Below, piece after piece: positions 1 through 12,268 of a DNA stretch of 64,000 nucleotides. Made by a program: the position numbers and the translations under genes. This DNA is from Octopus vulgaris (taxonomy: Eukaryota): the NCBI GenBank assembly GCA_951406725.2, contig OX597829.1, forward strand, positions 29,078,001 to 29,142,000, given 5' to 3'. A model generated the notes under the pieces. That model did no database searches. It was given only the letters and a program-made list of their open reading frames with translations, and was not told where the DNA came from. Position 1 is the stretch's first letter, and every line of letters starts with the position of its first letter.

Positions 1-104
1 GACATGCAGCCATTGCCAGGATTCTTAGCCCTAGCGATCAAAGATAACAAAAGTAATAAATGAAGATAATAAAATTAAAATTAGGGAATGGGCCTGTATT
101 GGAT

Positions 105-585
105 TGTATATATATATATGTATATGTATATTTGTATGTATGTATGTGTGTATGTGTAGGTATGTATAGGTACACATGTGTATGTGTATGTGTATGTATA
201 TATGTGTGTATGTATGTATGTGCACACATGTATATATATGTATGCGTGTATATGTTTATATATATATATGTGTACATAGGTGTATGTGGGTGTATGTATA
301 TATAGGTGTAAATATGTGTATATAGGGAACTAGGTGTGTTGTGTGTGCATGAGTGTATGTGCGTATGAATATATATTTTTATGTGTATATATGTATGTGT
401 GGTCGTGGGTATATATATATATATATATACATGTGTGTATGCGTGCATGCATGGGAGTGAGTGTATGCATATATACGTGTGTGTATGTGTAGACAGGTAT
501 AGGCATGTGCATGTGTATAAATTTGTATATGTGGGCGGGTGTATGTATGTGTGTATGTAGATATGTATGTATGTGTGTACATATG

Positions 586-634
<49 letters not shown>

Positions 635-890
635 ATATATGTGTATGTATGTATGTGTGTGTAGATACGTATACATGTGTGTATAGGTATAAGTGAGAAT
701 CTCCTTATTTACCTATAACTCTATCCCCCCTTTTTTTATATATATATTTTTTTATATATATATTTTATATATATATTTTTTTATATATATTTTTTATATT
801 TTTATTTTTTTATTTTTTTATTTTATTTTTTTATTTTTTTATTTTTTTATTTTTTATTTTTTTATTTTTTTATTTATCTATTCTTTCATC
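105..890. repeat. Compound (TA/TG/TATG)n microsatellite and T-rich tract
   Basis: Directly visible and representative of dozens of similar tracts, for example 26517-26615, 28300-28760 and 63005-63265. Confidence 0.95.
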
Positions 891-1022
891 TAACTTACCA
901 CTGACTCCTTGACCACTCCCCCAAGTATGATATTTTGCGCTATGCCTACCCCCAAAAGTCCCCCACCACCACTCCTTTAAACCTGCCTAAATGTATAAAT
1001 GCTAATACAATTCTTGTTAAAT

Positions 1023-1073
1023 AGCTTCCTGAAGATTTCTCTTGAATGAAACAGTACTAGTCCTGTAGAAGCT
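1023..1073 (+). ncRNA. Type I hammerhead ribozyme motif
   Basis: agcttc-CTGAAGA-t ttc tctt gaa t-GAAA-cag tactagtc ctg-TA-gaagct. Stem I is 6 bp, stem III is 3 bp plus the A-U pair, cleavage triplet GUA; stem II is weak. A (TA)n tract follows at 1160. Confidence 0.75.
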
Positions 1074-1156
1074 CCTTCTATATAATAAATTAATTTTACT
1101 CTGCTATGTATTGAGTACCTTACTTACTGTGGTTAACCCCGAATCAACCCGGGACC

Positions 1157-1203
<47 letters not shown>

Positions 1204-1386
1204 ATAAATATTAGGGAATAAATCCAAATTTACAAGGAAAAATCAGATTAAGATTGAATCCAATTTTATAGTAAAATATTATATTATAATATAATATAAT
1301 ATATATAATAAATTAGAGACAAAACCACTATTATGCAAATCAAACAAAGAAAGACTTAAGCCAATAACTCGCTAAGAATGTTTAGA

Positions 1387-1438
1387 AACCACCTGAAGAA
1401 TGTCTAAGATGTGCTGACATGAAACGATCGTAGTGGTT
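1387..1438 (+). ncRNA. Minimal type I hammerhead ribozyme motif with palindromic stem III
   Basis: aaccac-CTGAAGA-atgtc...gacat-GAAA-cgatcg-TA-gtggtt. All stems pair. It lies between inverted repeats 1304-1366 and 1479-1541. Confidence 0.85.
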
Positions 1439-1589
1439 ATTCATTTGTTAAATTTTAATTTATATAAATTATTTTATGTATTGGCTTAAGTCTTTCTTTG
1501 TTTGATTTGCATAATTGTGGTTTTGTCTCTAATTTATTATAATATATATAATATATATATATATACACACATATATGTATGTATGTATA

Positions 1590-2067
1590 TATCGAAATCG
1601 AAATCAAATTCGATGACTGGCATCCATGCTAGTGGTGCACTAAGGCACCATCCGAGCGTGATCGTTGCCAGAGCAGCTAACCAGCTTCCGTGCCGGTGGC
1701 ACGTAAAAAGCACCATTCGAGCTTGATTGTTACCAGCGTCACCTTACTGGCACTTGTGCCAGTGGCACGTGAAAAAACATTCAAGCGAGGTCATTCCCAG
1801 TGCCTCTGGACTGTGCAGGTGGCACATAAAAAACACCATTTGAGCATGGCCGTTGCCAGTACCTCCTGATTGTCCCTCGTGCTGGTGGCACGTAAAAGAA
1901 CCCACTACACTCTCTGAGTGGTTGGCTTTAGGAAGGGCATCCAGCTGTAGAAACTCTGCCAGATCAAGATTGGAGCCTGGTGCAGCCATCTGGTTTGCCA
2001 GTCCTCGATCAAATCGCCCAACTCATGCTAGTATGGAAAGCGGACGTTAAAAGACGATGATGATGAT
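1590..2067 (+). mobile_element. SINE-like element family D with an RTE-type 3' tail and internal ~55-60 bp subrepeats
   Basis: Repeated tgccggtggcacgtaaaaagcacc units, then gttggc.ttaggaagggcatccagctgtagaaac and catgctagcatggaaagcggacgttaa(GAT)n. Further copies at about 10193-10638(-), 17342-17520(-), 30955-31365(-), 47275-47606(+), 49790-50285(+). Confidence 0.75.
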
Positions 2068-2335
2068 GTATGTTTTGCTGCAAAATTGTATAAATGACTC
2101 AAAAGATGAGAATTCCATGAATTGCACTTATCAAAAGTAATATATCTTTATTCTATTTTATTTTTAAAAAATTTTTATCCTGACTAAGGCAAGAAGATAG
2201 TAATCAGAGATGCCATTAAGGAAGTAACTTTCCATGCTCGGCAACGTTTTGGATCTTGTCAAAGCATTCCAAAGCATGCCTCACCAGCTACTCCAAAGTG
2301 CATTGACATACCAGCAAGTACCAACAGAAGTATTA

Positions 2336-2567
2336 AGGCGGCGAGCTGGCAGAAACATGAGCACGCCGGACGAAATGCTTAGCAGTATTTCGTCTGCCGT
2401 TACATTCTGAGTTCAAATTCCGCCGAGGTCAACTTTGCCTTTCATCATTTTGGGGTCGATAAATTAAGTACCAGTTACGCACTGGAGTCGATGTAATCAA
2501 TTTAACCCCTTTGTCTGTTTTGTTTGTCCCCTCTATGTTTAGCCCTTTGTGGGCAATAAAGAAATAA
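2336..2567 (+). mobile_element. tRNA-derived SINE family B (Meta-domain-like core)
   Basis: ggcggcgagctggcagaa A-box-like head, gagttcaaattcc B box, core gcctttcatc.ttt.ggggtcgataaattaagtacc and agaagta target duplication. Copies at about 7727-7942(+), 18176-18410(-), 20213-20690(+), 20374-20606(-), 22842-23062(-). Confidence 0.8.
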
Positions 2568-2861
2568 GAAGTAATCAAACTCATAATGTATTATATAGAT
2601 TCACTAACAATGTGTCACTATTCTTTAGTGACACATGCCTTGTTACAGATACCATCATAAGATGTTTTCATCTACCCTAGGTACCTGTAACATCCCTCAT
2701 CAGCTGTCAGAGAAACGGTTGTTGTTGATGGAGATGCTGCTAGTCTGTATGTTTGTATGTCATTGTCTAGTTTTATTTCAAGATTTCTTGCCAGAAAGAG
2801 CCTGTTTCTAACCTAGATTCAAGGCTCCTTCATTGGAATTTCAACATCAATAACAGGGTAG

Positions 2862-2952
<91 letters not shown>

Positions 2953-3004
2953 TGTGTATGTGTGTATGTGTGTATGTGTGTATGTATGTATGTATGTATG
3001 TATG

Positions 3005-3775
3005 TACATATGTGTGAAAATCTGTATGGTTTGCTCTATATATGTATTCTCATGCATATAGTTGCATATCTAGACATGCTCATGTATATTTAAATGATAA
3101 ACTTCTGGAAAGTTTTACAGATTTTTACAGTTCCAGGGATGGATTGGATCTGTAGTCTTCAATTTAGCTTTCTCCTTTCTGATTTTGAGAAGCCTAATTT
3201 CTCAAGATTGGTATTTAGGCAGTGTGTTACATATCCCAGGACCCCAATAATTACAGGTATAAACCTGAATTTGTAATCTGGATAGAATAACTGCAGATTT
3301 CACAATAGTTCAGGGTAGGTATTCTCTTTTTCACTGATCTTCAGCTTTGTTAACATCCACTGGGCAGCTAACTTCTACAATTGTGCATAGTTTTAGAGAG
3401 GTCTTTACTGGGACATTCCACCAGTACTCCTTTTTATTATGAGTGGTTATGGCTTCAACCATACTGTGGGTTCTTATTTCTTTATCCTCAGGGTTATCCT
3501 TCAGACAGATTTTCTTATAGAGTGTCCTAGCTACATCATGTCTCATTGGTAGATAATACCATGATGACATTTTCAGGCAACTGCTTATAATGTGGGTGGT
3601 ATCTTTGGTGTTAACACTACAATCTCTGCATCAGTTGTCACCTGCATCTCTGTCCCATTTGTACATCAGGTATTTGGTTGATATTTCCTGTTCCTAGATT
3701 ACAAATGCATACCTTTCAAAGTGATAGGTAGTAATCCAACTATTGGTCCATGATAAACTGCTTTGATGATCGATG
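3005..3775 (-). pseudogene. 3' remnant of a non-LTR retrotransposon with a restriction-like endonuclease (R4/Dong-like)
   Basis: Minus-strand degraded reading HIISSCLKMSSWYYLPMRHDVA...IVEVSCPVD, which resembles the CCHC finger plus RLE region. It ends in (TACA)n. A second copy at about 7325-8025 is interrupted by a SINE. Confidence 0.65.
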
Positions 3776-5010
3776 TTACTATCATATGTGTGTATGTATG
3801 TATGTATGTATGTATGTATGTATGTATGTATGTATGTATGTATGTATGTATGTATGTATTTATGTATGTATGTATGTATGTATGTATGTGACAGGGGCAA
3901 AGACGAGTCACTGGCGCCTTAAAACCAGTTGCTTTGGGTAGTTGGGACTCGATAGCCTTGACTGGCAGCCCAACTAGGAGAGGGGAAACTCCGATTTCAA
4001 ACCTCCGCTGCCTTGCGGCAAGACCCCTCCTAGGGAAGGCTAAGGGAGTAAACCCCAACAGAAAATCCAGAGCTGGAGTCCCTAAGGCGGCCTGACACAA
4101 CACGTCATCACCGGCAACTCCTGCGACGCATCTGGTACCAAACCGTATCGACCCATCGTTCCCTTGGAGCCACCAGCTGCGTGGAGAAGGGGGGGATCAA
4201 ACTACATGGGCAACAGCTGATCCCTCATATAAACCTGCCCAGGCCTTGTAGCTCAACAGTAAAAGGACTCCTTTTCTGAGCTACATCATCGTCTCTCGAG
4301 AAGGACGGATGCCGCCGACGACGATGTGACAGTTGAGATTAGGCAGTTGGTGAAAACCCAAAGATGATGATGATAATGATGATGATGTAGTAGTGGTGGT
4401 CGTGGTGGTGGTTGTCATGGTGGTCGTCGTCGTCATCATAGCTGTGGCAGTGGTGGTATTGTGGCGTTCGAGAAACAGCAGTTTGTGACAAATGCGATGT
4501 AGTTTTGTCTTAGCAGTCTGCAAGTGCAGAAAGTAAACCAAGAAATATTAGTAAACCAACCTCGTTTATAAACGGCAGCTGTAGTATTTACCAAAACATT
4601 AGTAGCTTTACTGGTTGGAATTGTTCATTCATTCTTAGACTGTTCATTGCTTTCAGCACCCGGGCGCACACAGCACACAGGCGTGCGCGCGCTTGTGAAG
4701 CGCAGCGCACACGCACACAAATAACTGCGTCGTACGAATATGGAAAGCATATAAAATACACATCAACTGACACATACACAATCACACATAAAGTCACTGA
4801 CACCGACAAAGACACACCAATGCCCACAAGCACATATACCTTTATATACTAATGTGCACATCACATTCCTGTGGGTAGACACACTTTTCCACAAGGATAT
4901 AGATGGACACACACACGCGCACACAAAGGCGAATTTGTACGTGCGTGTGTGTATTACAATGTGAATATTGTGTACTTGCGTTGCTTTATCAAACACACTA
5001 TACAGTTCTC

Positions 5011-5050
<40 letters not shown>

Positions 5051-5179
5051 ACACACACACACACAGATTTCATTCAGCCATGAGCTAGCTTACGTATAAG
5101 TTTCAAGCCATTCAGGAGGCCAAGAGAAGGATGGGGTGTAGTAGTAGTAGTAGTAGTAGCAGCAGCAGCAGCAGCAGTT

Positions 5180-5213
<34 letters not shown>

Positions 5214-5660
5214 AAACAAAGTGGGGGTAAATTATAAAGGTATGTGATATAAAAACTAGGGAAGCAAAAAGAAAAAAAAATAAATCTAAATGAATGAGAG
5301 ATACTTACATAGGAGAGCGATAGAGTAAAGAAGGAAGGTAAAAGAGAGATGAAGAACGGGAAAGGGAGAGTGCGCGAGTGAAAGAAAGAAAGAAAGAAAG
5401 AAAGAAAGGGGGGTAGAGTGAGAGAAAGAGGGAAAAGCATACGTAAAAGTGTTATCTGATGGGTGATGGCGTATGAAATCTTTTTTTTTTTTTCCGTACG
5501 CTTCTTTTTTTCTCATTCTCCCTTCCTTTCTGTTTTTTTTTTTTTTTCTTCCTTTCTATATGATTACCCACATCTCTAACTCTTTCTCTTTCTGTCTCTT
5601 TCCAAACGTCTACCTGCCTGTCTCAATTCACGTATACACGCATGTATATATTTGTATATA

Positions 5661-5695
<35 letters not shown>

Positions 5696-5696
5696 A

Positions 5697-6097
5697 TAGG
5701 CACAGACGTGGCTGTGTGGTAAGAAGCTTGTTTACCAACCACATGGTTCCGGATTCAGTCCTATTGTGTGGTACCTTGACCAAGTGTCTTCTCCTATAGC
5801 CCTGGGCCAACCAAACCCTTGTGAGTGGATTTGGTAGACGGAAACTGAGAGAAACCTGTTGTATATATATTTATGTATATGTAAGTATTTATGTGTGTGT
5901 CTTTGTGTCTGTGTTTGTCTCCATCACTTGATGACAGATGTTGCTGTCCCCATAACTTAGCAGTACAGCTAAAAGGTCTGATAGAATAAGTACCAAGCTT
6001 ACAAAGAATAAGTCCCGGGATCAAATTGGTCGAGTGAAAGGCAGTGCTCAAGCATGGCCACAGTCAAAGGACATAAACAAGTAAAAGAATCAAAGAA
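5697..6097 (+). mobile_element. tRNA-derived SINE family A with internal microsatellite
   Basis: tggctgtgtggtaagaagc A box, ggttc.agtccc B box, conserved body gtgagtggatttggtagacggaaactga, and an aacaagtaaaaga tail. Confidence 0.8.
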
Positions 6098-6351
6098 TAT
6101 ATATAATAGTCAAACTTCAAAGTCACTATCAACTTTTTCCTTCAATAAGTTTTGATAAACATATGTCTTATTAAAAGTCTTGAGTAATCCTTCAATTTAT
6201 TGTAAATTTATATATTTGACATAGAAAGAAATATTAATTCTCAGACACTTATCTACATACATACATATATGTATACATATGTGACCTCGTGTGTACCGTT
6301 GGCGATTTTTTTTCCTCTGTCTTCCCTTCTCTGGATCTTTCCTTCTCCTAT

Positions 6352-6386
6352 GTTTCTGATGAAGAGCTCCGCTTGAAACGTTAAAC
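6352..6386 (+). ncRNA. Minimal type I hammerhead motif
   Basis: gttt-CTGATGA-a-gagc tcc gctt-GAAA-cg-TT-aaac. Stem III is reduced to the palindrome ACGT (dimer type). The element 6280-6485 ends in (TA)n. Confidence 0.7.
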
Positions 6387-6580
6387 CCTCCTTCTTTCCT
6401 TCTTTCCTGAGCGTCCAATAATACTATATTTGTTCCACGTCCTCGCGTTGTGTTTTTTTGTGCTTTCTTGTTTGGATTAACTTTATATATATATATATAT
6501 ATATATATAGTGAGAATTTGCAAAAAAAACAAAAGGCGAAAACACATGTATTAGTTTAATACTCAGGAAGTGAGGAAGTC

Positions 6581-6616
6581 CTTTTACATTTCAAGCCTAT
6601 GCTCTTCGACAGAAAG
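6581..6616 (-). ncRNA. Hammerhead-like motif with variant core CUGUCGA
   Basis: Reverse complement reads cttt-CTGTCGA-a-gagc atag gctt-GAAA-tg-TA-aaag. Confidence 0.5.
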
Positions 6617-6682
6617 AAACACAGAAATAAACAGGGAGAGAAAATAGAAACAGGTTTAGTGGCTAATGATCTATCATATATA

Positions 6683-6729
<47 letters not shown>

Positions 6730-6816
6730 AGAGTTTACAAAAAAAACAAAAGACAAAGACAGGTGGTGTACAAAACAAACAGATGTATTAGTATAATGTA
6801 CAGGAATAGAAAAAGT

Positions 6817-6852
6817 CTTTTACGTTTCGAGCCTACGCTCTTCTACAGAAAG
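6817..6852 (-). ncRNA. Hammerhead-like motif with variant core CUGUAGA
   Basis: Reverse complement reads cttt-CTGTAGA-a-gagc gtag gctc-GAAA-cg-TA-aaag. It is a paralogue of 6581-6616. Confidence 0.55.
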
Positions 6853-7201
6853 GGACACAGAAAAAACAAGGAGAGAAAAAAATGTGTGTAGTATATATAT
6901 ACATACACACACACATGTATACATATATCTTTATTATTGCTTGTTTCCACTTTTTCAAGATCAGTGACTTTTTGTGTGTATGCATTCATGTATGTATAAG
7001 AATGCTTCTGTGCTTGAGTTTATTTTTATTGAGAATTACTCAATGAAAATGTTGAGTACCATTATTTATTCTAGTGCTGATGTTACTGTATGGTTAGTAC
7101 TTACTGCTGTTGTGCAATTGGTACATGAGAGAGAATAATCTCGATACTATAATGCAAACACAAACACATACACATGTATATATGCATATATGTATCTATG
7201 C

Positions 7202-7245
<44 letters not shown>

Positions 7246-7278
7246 ATATGTATGTATATATACATGTATATATGTATG

Positions 7279-7312
<34 letters not shown>

Positions 7313-8065
7313 TGTACATACATCTTGCCAATAGAGAAAGAACCAGTTTCTAACCTAGATTCAAGGCTCCTTTATTGGAACTTCACCAATATCAACAGGG
7401 TATTTTCATCTGTATGTATATGTGCAGATTTGTATGTTTTGTTTTATATATGTATTTTCATGCATATAGCTGCATATCTAGACAAGCTCATACATACTTA
7501 AATGATAAACTTCTGGAAAGTTTTACAGATTTTTACAGTTCCAGTAGCGAATTGGATCTATAGTCTTTGAATTAGCTTTCTCCTTTCTGGTTTTGAGTAG
7601 CCTAATTTCTCAAGATTGTTACTTAGGTAGTGTGTTACATATCCCAGTACTCCAATAATTACAGGTATAAACCTAAGCTTATAATCTGGGTAGAGTAGCT
7701 GTAGAATTCTCAATAGCTCAGCATAGGAAGGCAGCAAACTAGCAGAAACGTTAGCAAGCTGGGCAAAATGCTTTAGCATTATTTCGTCTGTCTTTACGTT
7801 CTGAGTTCAAATTCTATCAAGGTTGACTTAGCCTTTCATCCTTTCGGGGTTGATAAATTAAGTACCAGTTGCATACTGGGGTTGATCTAATCAACTGGTC
7901 CCCTCCCCAAAAATTTTGGGCCTTGTGCCTAGAGTAGAAAAGGATAGTTCAGCATAGGTATTTTCTTTTTCACTGAATTTTACCCGAATGGTAAGATCCG
8001 TTGGGTATCTGATTTCCACAACTGCTATGTATGTATGTATGTATGTATGTATGTATGTATGTATG

Positions 8066-8418
8066 TGCAAGACCCTGCCTCAGTAAAGCTGGACTCAAGA
8101 ATCATCTTCGTAGTCATAAAGCGAGACAGATGAGTGACAACCTGGCCACTGGTGGTGGTGTAGCACACCATACTAATCATATCTGTCGGGCATGTGGAAG
8201 AGAGTGTAATTTGGCAGGAGGACTTAAACGACATGCAAAGGTACATGAAGCCCAGTTACAACTACAGCCGGCTATTACTGGTAAAGGTTTTAGTTGCCAA
8301 TTCTATACAAGACATTGTAGATCTTTAGCTGGGCTAAAAAGTCACATTCGATCACAGCACCAGTAACAGTTAAGCTTCGTGCAATGGCCATACTCGATAA
8401 CGAGGGGGCAGCCATAAT
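8066..8418 (+). mobile_element. LINE (RTE-like) 3' end encoding C2H2-type zinc fingers, flanked by (TATG)n
   Basis: ORF 8031-8366 contains CRACGRECNLAGGLKRHAKVH and CRSLAGLKSHIRSQH. The 3' UTR ttaagcttcgtgcaatggccatactcgata recurs at 56329-56375. Confidence 0.6.
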
Positions 8419-9179
8419 GTATGTATGTATGTATGTATGTATGTATGTATATGTACACACATACATTACCATCTTCATTTAACATCCGTTTTCCATGCTG
8501 GCACGAGTTGGACAGTTTGACAGGGGCTGGCAAGCTGGAGAGCTATACCAGGCCCCATTTGTCTGTCTTGGCACGGTTTCTACAGACTGATGCCTTTCTT
8601 AACATGAACACTTTAGAGTGTAATAGGTGCACTTTGCTTAGCATCAGCACAGGTGCTTTCCACATGGGACCACTGGGATTGTCAAGTAGCATGCAAGATG
8701 AAGACCTCTCAGTTGAAAGAGGGAGTGGAACCAATGGAAGTGTCTGTGAGCCAGGTGAGAGGTTAGAGCATAATAAAGGTACAGAGATTGTTGTCTACCC
8801 CAGGAAAGAAAAAGGAAGGTGAGTTAGAGAAAGATAGAGATACAAAGTGAGAGAGAGAGAGAGAGAAAGAAATAGATGACGTTGGAGGTGTATTGAGGCT
8901 TATCTACAGGGAACAGTGGGAGGAGTATAAGTAGTGTAGAGGGGATAGAGGGGGGCATATTTAGAGATGAGGAAGACATGACTGTAAAGAGGATGCTTAG
9001 AGAAAATGAAGTGGCTGGGAGGGGATGTGGTAGATACGTTAGAGCATGGAGAGAGTGCTGATAGGCATATGAGGGAGAGGGAACAGCCTGAAGTGTGCGA
9101 TGATGAGCATTGGTAATGGGATAGGGGGATGTTGGGAAGATGTGTTGTAACACAAAATTTTAAATAAATAAATAAATAT

Positions 9180-9210
<31 letters not shown>

Positions 9211-9302
9211 CATATATATATGTACACATATATATACATACACACATATATATATGTGTATGTATATATATACATGTGTGTATATATACATGTGTGTGTA
9301 TG

Positions 9303-9335
<33 letters not shown>

Positions 9336-9346
9336 ATATTTATATA

Positions 9347-9389
<43 letters not shown>

Positions 9390-9407
9390 TTTTATATATA
9401 TATATTC

Positions 9408-9812
9408 AGGAGTGGCTGTGTGGTAAGTAGCTTGTTTACCAACCACATGGTTCCGGGTTCAGTCCCACTGTGTGGCACCTTGGGCGAGTGTCTTCTACTA
9501 TAGCCTCAAGCCGACCAAAGCCTTGTGAGTGGATTTGGTAGACGGAAACTGAAAGAAGCCCGTCGCATATATGTGTATATATATATATATGCATGTGTGT
9601 GTTTGTGTGTCTGTGTTTGTCCCCCTAGCATTGCTTGACAACTGATGCTGGTGTGTTTATGTCCCCGTCACTTAGCGGTTTGGCAAAACAGACCGATAGA
9701 ATAAGTACTGGGCTTACAAAAGAATAAGTCCCGGGGTCGAGTTGCTCGATTAAAGGCGGTGCTCCAGCATGGCTGCAGTCAAATGACTGAAACAAGTAAA
9801 AGAGTAAAGAGT
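9408..9812 (+). mobile_element. tRNA-derived SINE family A, young full-length copy
   Basis: Near-identical to 41168-41584(-), 42906-43610(+) and 54330-54740(-). Other copies at about 17825-18115, 24828-25248, 31875-32250, 44130-45125, 45253-45680, 47625-48075 and 62048-63005. Confidence 0.85.
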
Positions 9813-10713
9813 ATACATATAAAATATTCTATAATTATATATATAATTATGTGTTATTGTCTGACAGATTTTTATGGTAGTTGAAAAGACATTAGCGGCT
9901 ATTTCTAATTCAGTATGTGGTGAGGCACATAGCTGAACCCTGATTATAATTATGCATATAATTATAGAATATTTTGTATAATTCACCTAAAAAGGTATTT
10001 TAACGTATTGACTACTTGGTAAAATTATTAATTAATTAATTAATTAATTAATTAGTTTTACCCTATATTATTATTAAACTTATATTTTACATCATTATTG
10101 AAACTGCAGTTTTTCTGCGGAATAGTTTGTAACACACGTGTGGGTATATGAGATAAATATGTATCACATTTGGCTGTATATTTTTGGGAGTCATCATCAT
10201 CATCATCGTTTAGCGTCCGCTTTCCATGCTGGCATGGGTTGGACGGTGCAACTGGGGTCTGGGAAGCCAGAAGGCTGCACCAGGCCCAGTCTGATCTGGC
10301 AATGTTTCTACGGCTGGATGCCCTTTCTAACGCCAACCACTCCAAGAGTGTAGTGGGTGCTTTTTATGTGCCACCGACACAGGTGCAGATGAGGCTGGCA
10401 AACGGCCATGGTCGAATGGTGCTTTTTGCATGCCACCAGCACGGAGGCCAGGCGAGGCTGGCAATGGCCACTATCGGATGGTGCTTTCTACGTGCCACCG
10501 GCACGGAAGCCAGTCAGGGTGGCGCTGGCAACGGCCACGTTCGGATGGTTCTCTTATGTGCCACCGACACTGGTATCACAGCTACAATTTCCATTCATGT
10601 TGATCGATTTTGATTTTTGATTTTTGATTTTTTGATTTGAATATTAGTTATGCGATGACGCTTGATTGCATACATATTTAATCCTGACACTCGCAAATTT
10701 ATAACTCAGAGTA

Positions 10714-10773
10714 TCACACTGAAGAGAATAATAGGTAAATATAATTTACTCTAAGTTCGAAACACATCTGTGA
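10714..10773 (+). ncRNA. Type I hammerhead motif with decayed stem III
   Basis: tcaca-CTGAAGA-gaat...gttc-GAAA-caca-TC-tgtga. The caca is explicable as CpG decay of cgcg. It lies between direct repeats 9899-10078 and 10845-11013. Confidence 0.65.
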
Positions 10774-11048
10774 CTAACCAAAGTCGAGTGGATTCATCAT
10801 TTTTCTTTTTACCAACATAAAAAAGTGTGTTATTGCATCAGCATCTATTTCTAATTCAGTATGTGGTGAGGCACTTAGCTGACCCCTGATTATAATTATG
10901 TATACAATTATAGCATATTTTGTATAATTCACCTAAAAAGGTGTTTTTAGCATATTGACTAACTTGGTAAACTTATTAATTCATTAATTAATTTTACCCT
11001 ATATTATTATTAAAATATTTATACGTACATACAAATATTTATATCTAT

Positions 11049-11084
<36 letters not shown>

Positions 11085-11092
11085 ATATATTC

Positions 11093-11127
<35 letters not shown>

Positions 11128-11276
11128 TATAAGAGAGTGGTCACTATATTGATCACTCTAGCACCAGTTAATCCAAAAGGTTTCAACCACGAAAATACAT
11201 GTTTCCCATGAAAGCCAGTACGACTGTTAGCTCACACGGACAGGGCAAATAAAAAATAACAAAAATACAGATTATT

Positions 11277-11352
11277 TTGGGACAATTGTTTCGCTATTAA
11301 TGAATTAAATGTAATATTACTTACAATAATCCATTTGTAGCTCGTCAGCCAA
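11277..11352 (-). ncRNA. Type I hammerhead ribozyme (inverted copy)
   Basis: Exact reverse complement of 11660-11735. Confidence 0.85.
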
Positions 11353-11659
11353 GACTATCTGGATGAAATCCACTCAATCACACGCCAGATTTTACCATAA
11401 CGATAAATACGCGTGTGGTTCAATTGATTACATCCGACGTTATAATTCAAATGCCCCAACCAACAGCGCGCCAAACTCTCACGGAAAACAAATACAGCAT
11501 TTAGAAATAAATGCAGCATAATTATAATTAATTAATAAGGGTGAGAGAATTAGATACTAATTTAATAGTATATTTATTCCACACCAAGTGGCCTAGTGCT
11601 ACGAGAAACCTGGATGGTAAAATCTGGCGTGTGATTGAGTGGATTTCATCCAGATAGTC

Positions 11660-11735
11660 TTGGCTGACGAGCTACAAATGGATTATTGTAAGTAATATTA
11701 CATTTAATTCATTAATAGCGAAACAATTGTCCCAA
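11660..11735 (+). ncRNA. Type I hammerhead ribozyme
   Basis: ttgg-CTGACGA-gcta(long loop)tagc-GAAA-caattg-TC-ccaa. The core is canonical, cleavage is GUC after 11731, and stem III is palindromic. Confidence 0.88.
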
Positions 11736-12192
11736 AATAATCTGTATTTTTGTTATTTTTTATTTGCCCTGTCCGTGTGAGCTAACAGTCGTACTGGCTT
11801 TCATGGGAAACATGTATTTTCGTGGTTGAAACCTTTTGGATTAACTGGTGCTAGAGTGATCAATATAGTGACCACTCTCTTATATTTATTTTGTGAAAAT
11901 ATTATAATATGTTATAAAATATTATAATAATCCAGGTTTCTCGTAGCACTAGGCCACTTGGTGTGGAATAAATATACTATTAAATTAGTATCTAATTCTC
12001 TCACCCTTATTAATTAATTATAATTATGCTGCATTTATTTCTAAATGCTGTATTTGTTTTCCGTGAGAGTTTGGCGCGCTGTTGGTTGGGGCATTTGAAT
12101 TATAACGTCGGATGTAATCAATTGAACCACACGCGTATTTATCGTTATGGTAAAATCTGGCGTGTGATTGAGTGGATTTCATCCAGATAGTC

Positions 12193-12268
12193 TTGGCTGA
12201 CGAGCTACAAATGGATTATTGTAAGTAATATTACATTTAATTCATTAATAGCGAAACAATTGTCCCAA
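12193..12268 (+). ncRNA. Type I hammerhead ribozyme (tandem copy)
   Basis: Identical to 11660-11735 and offset by 533 bp. Cleavage is predicted after 12264. Confidence 0.88.

Noticed and set aside
31-893. Numerous ORFs rich in YI/HT/CV repeats here and throughout the window
   Set aside because: They are translations of stop-free microsatellites with no real protein signal.
1690-1900. CRISPR-like regularly spaced repeats (gtggcacgtaaaaa)
   Set aside because: The spacers are mutually similar, the context is eukaryotic and no cas genes are present. These are internal subrepeats of SINE family D.
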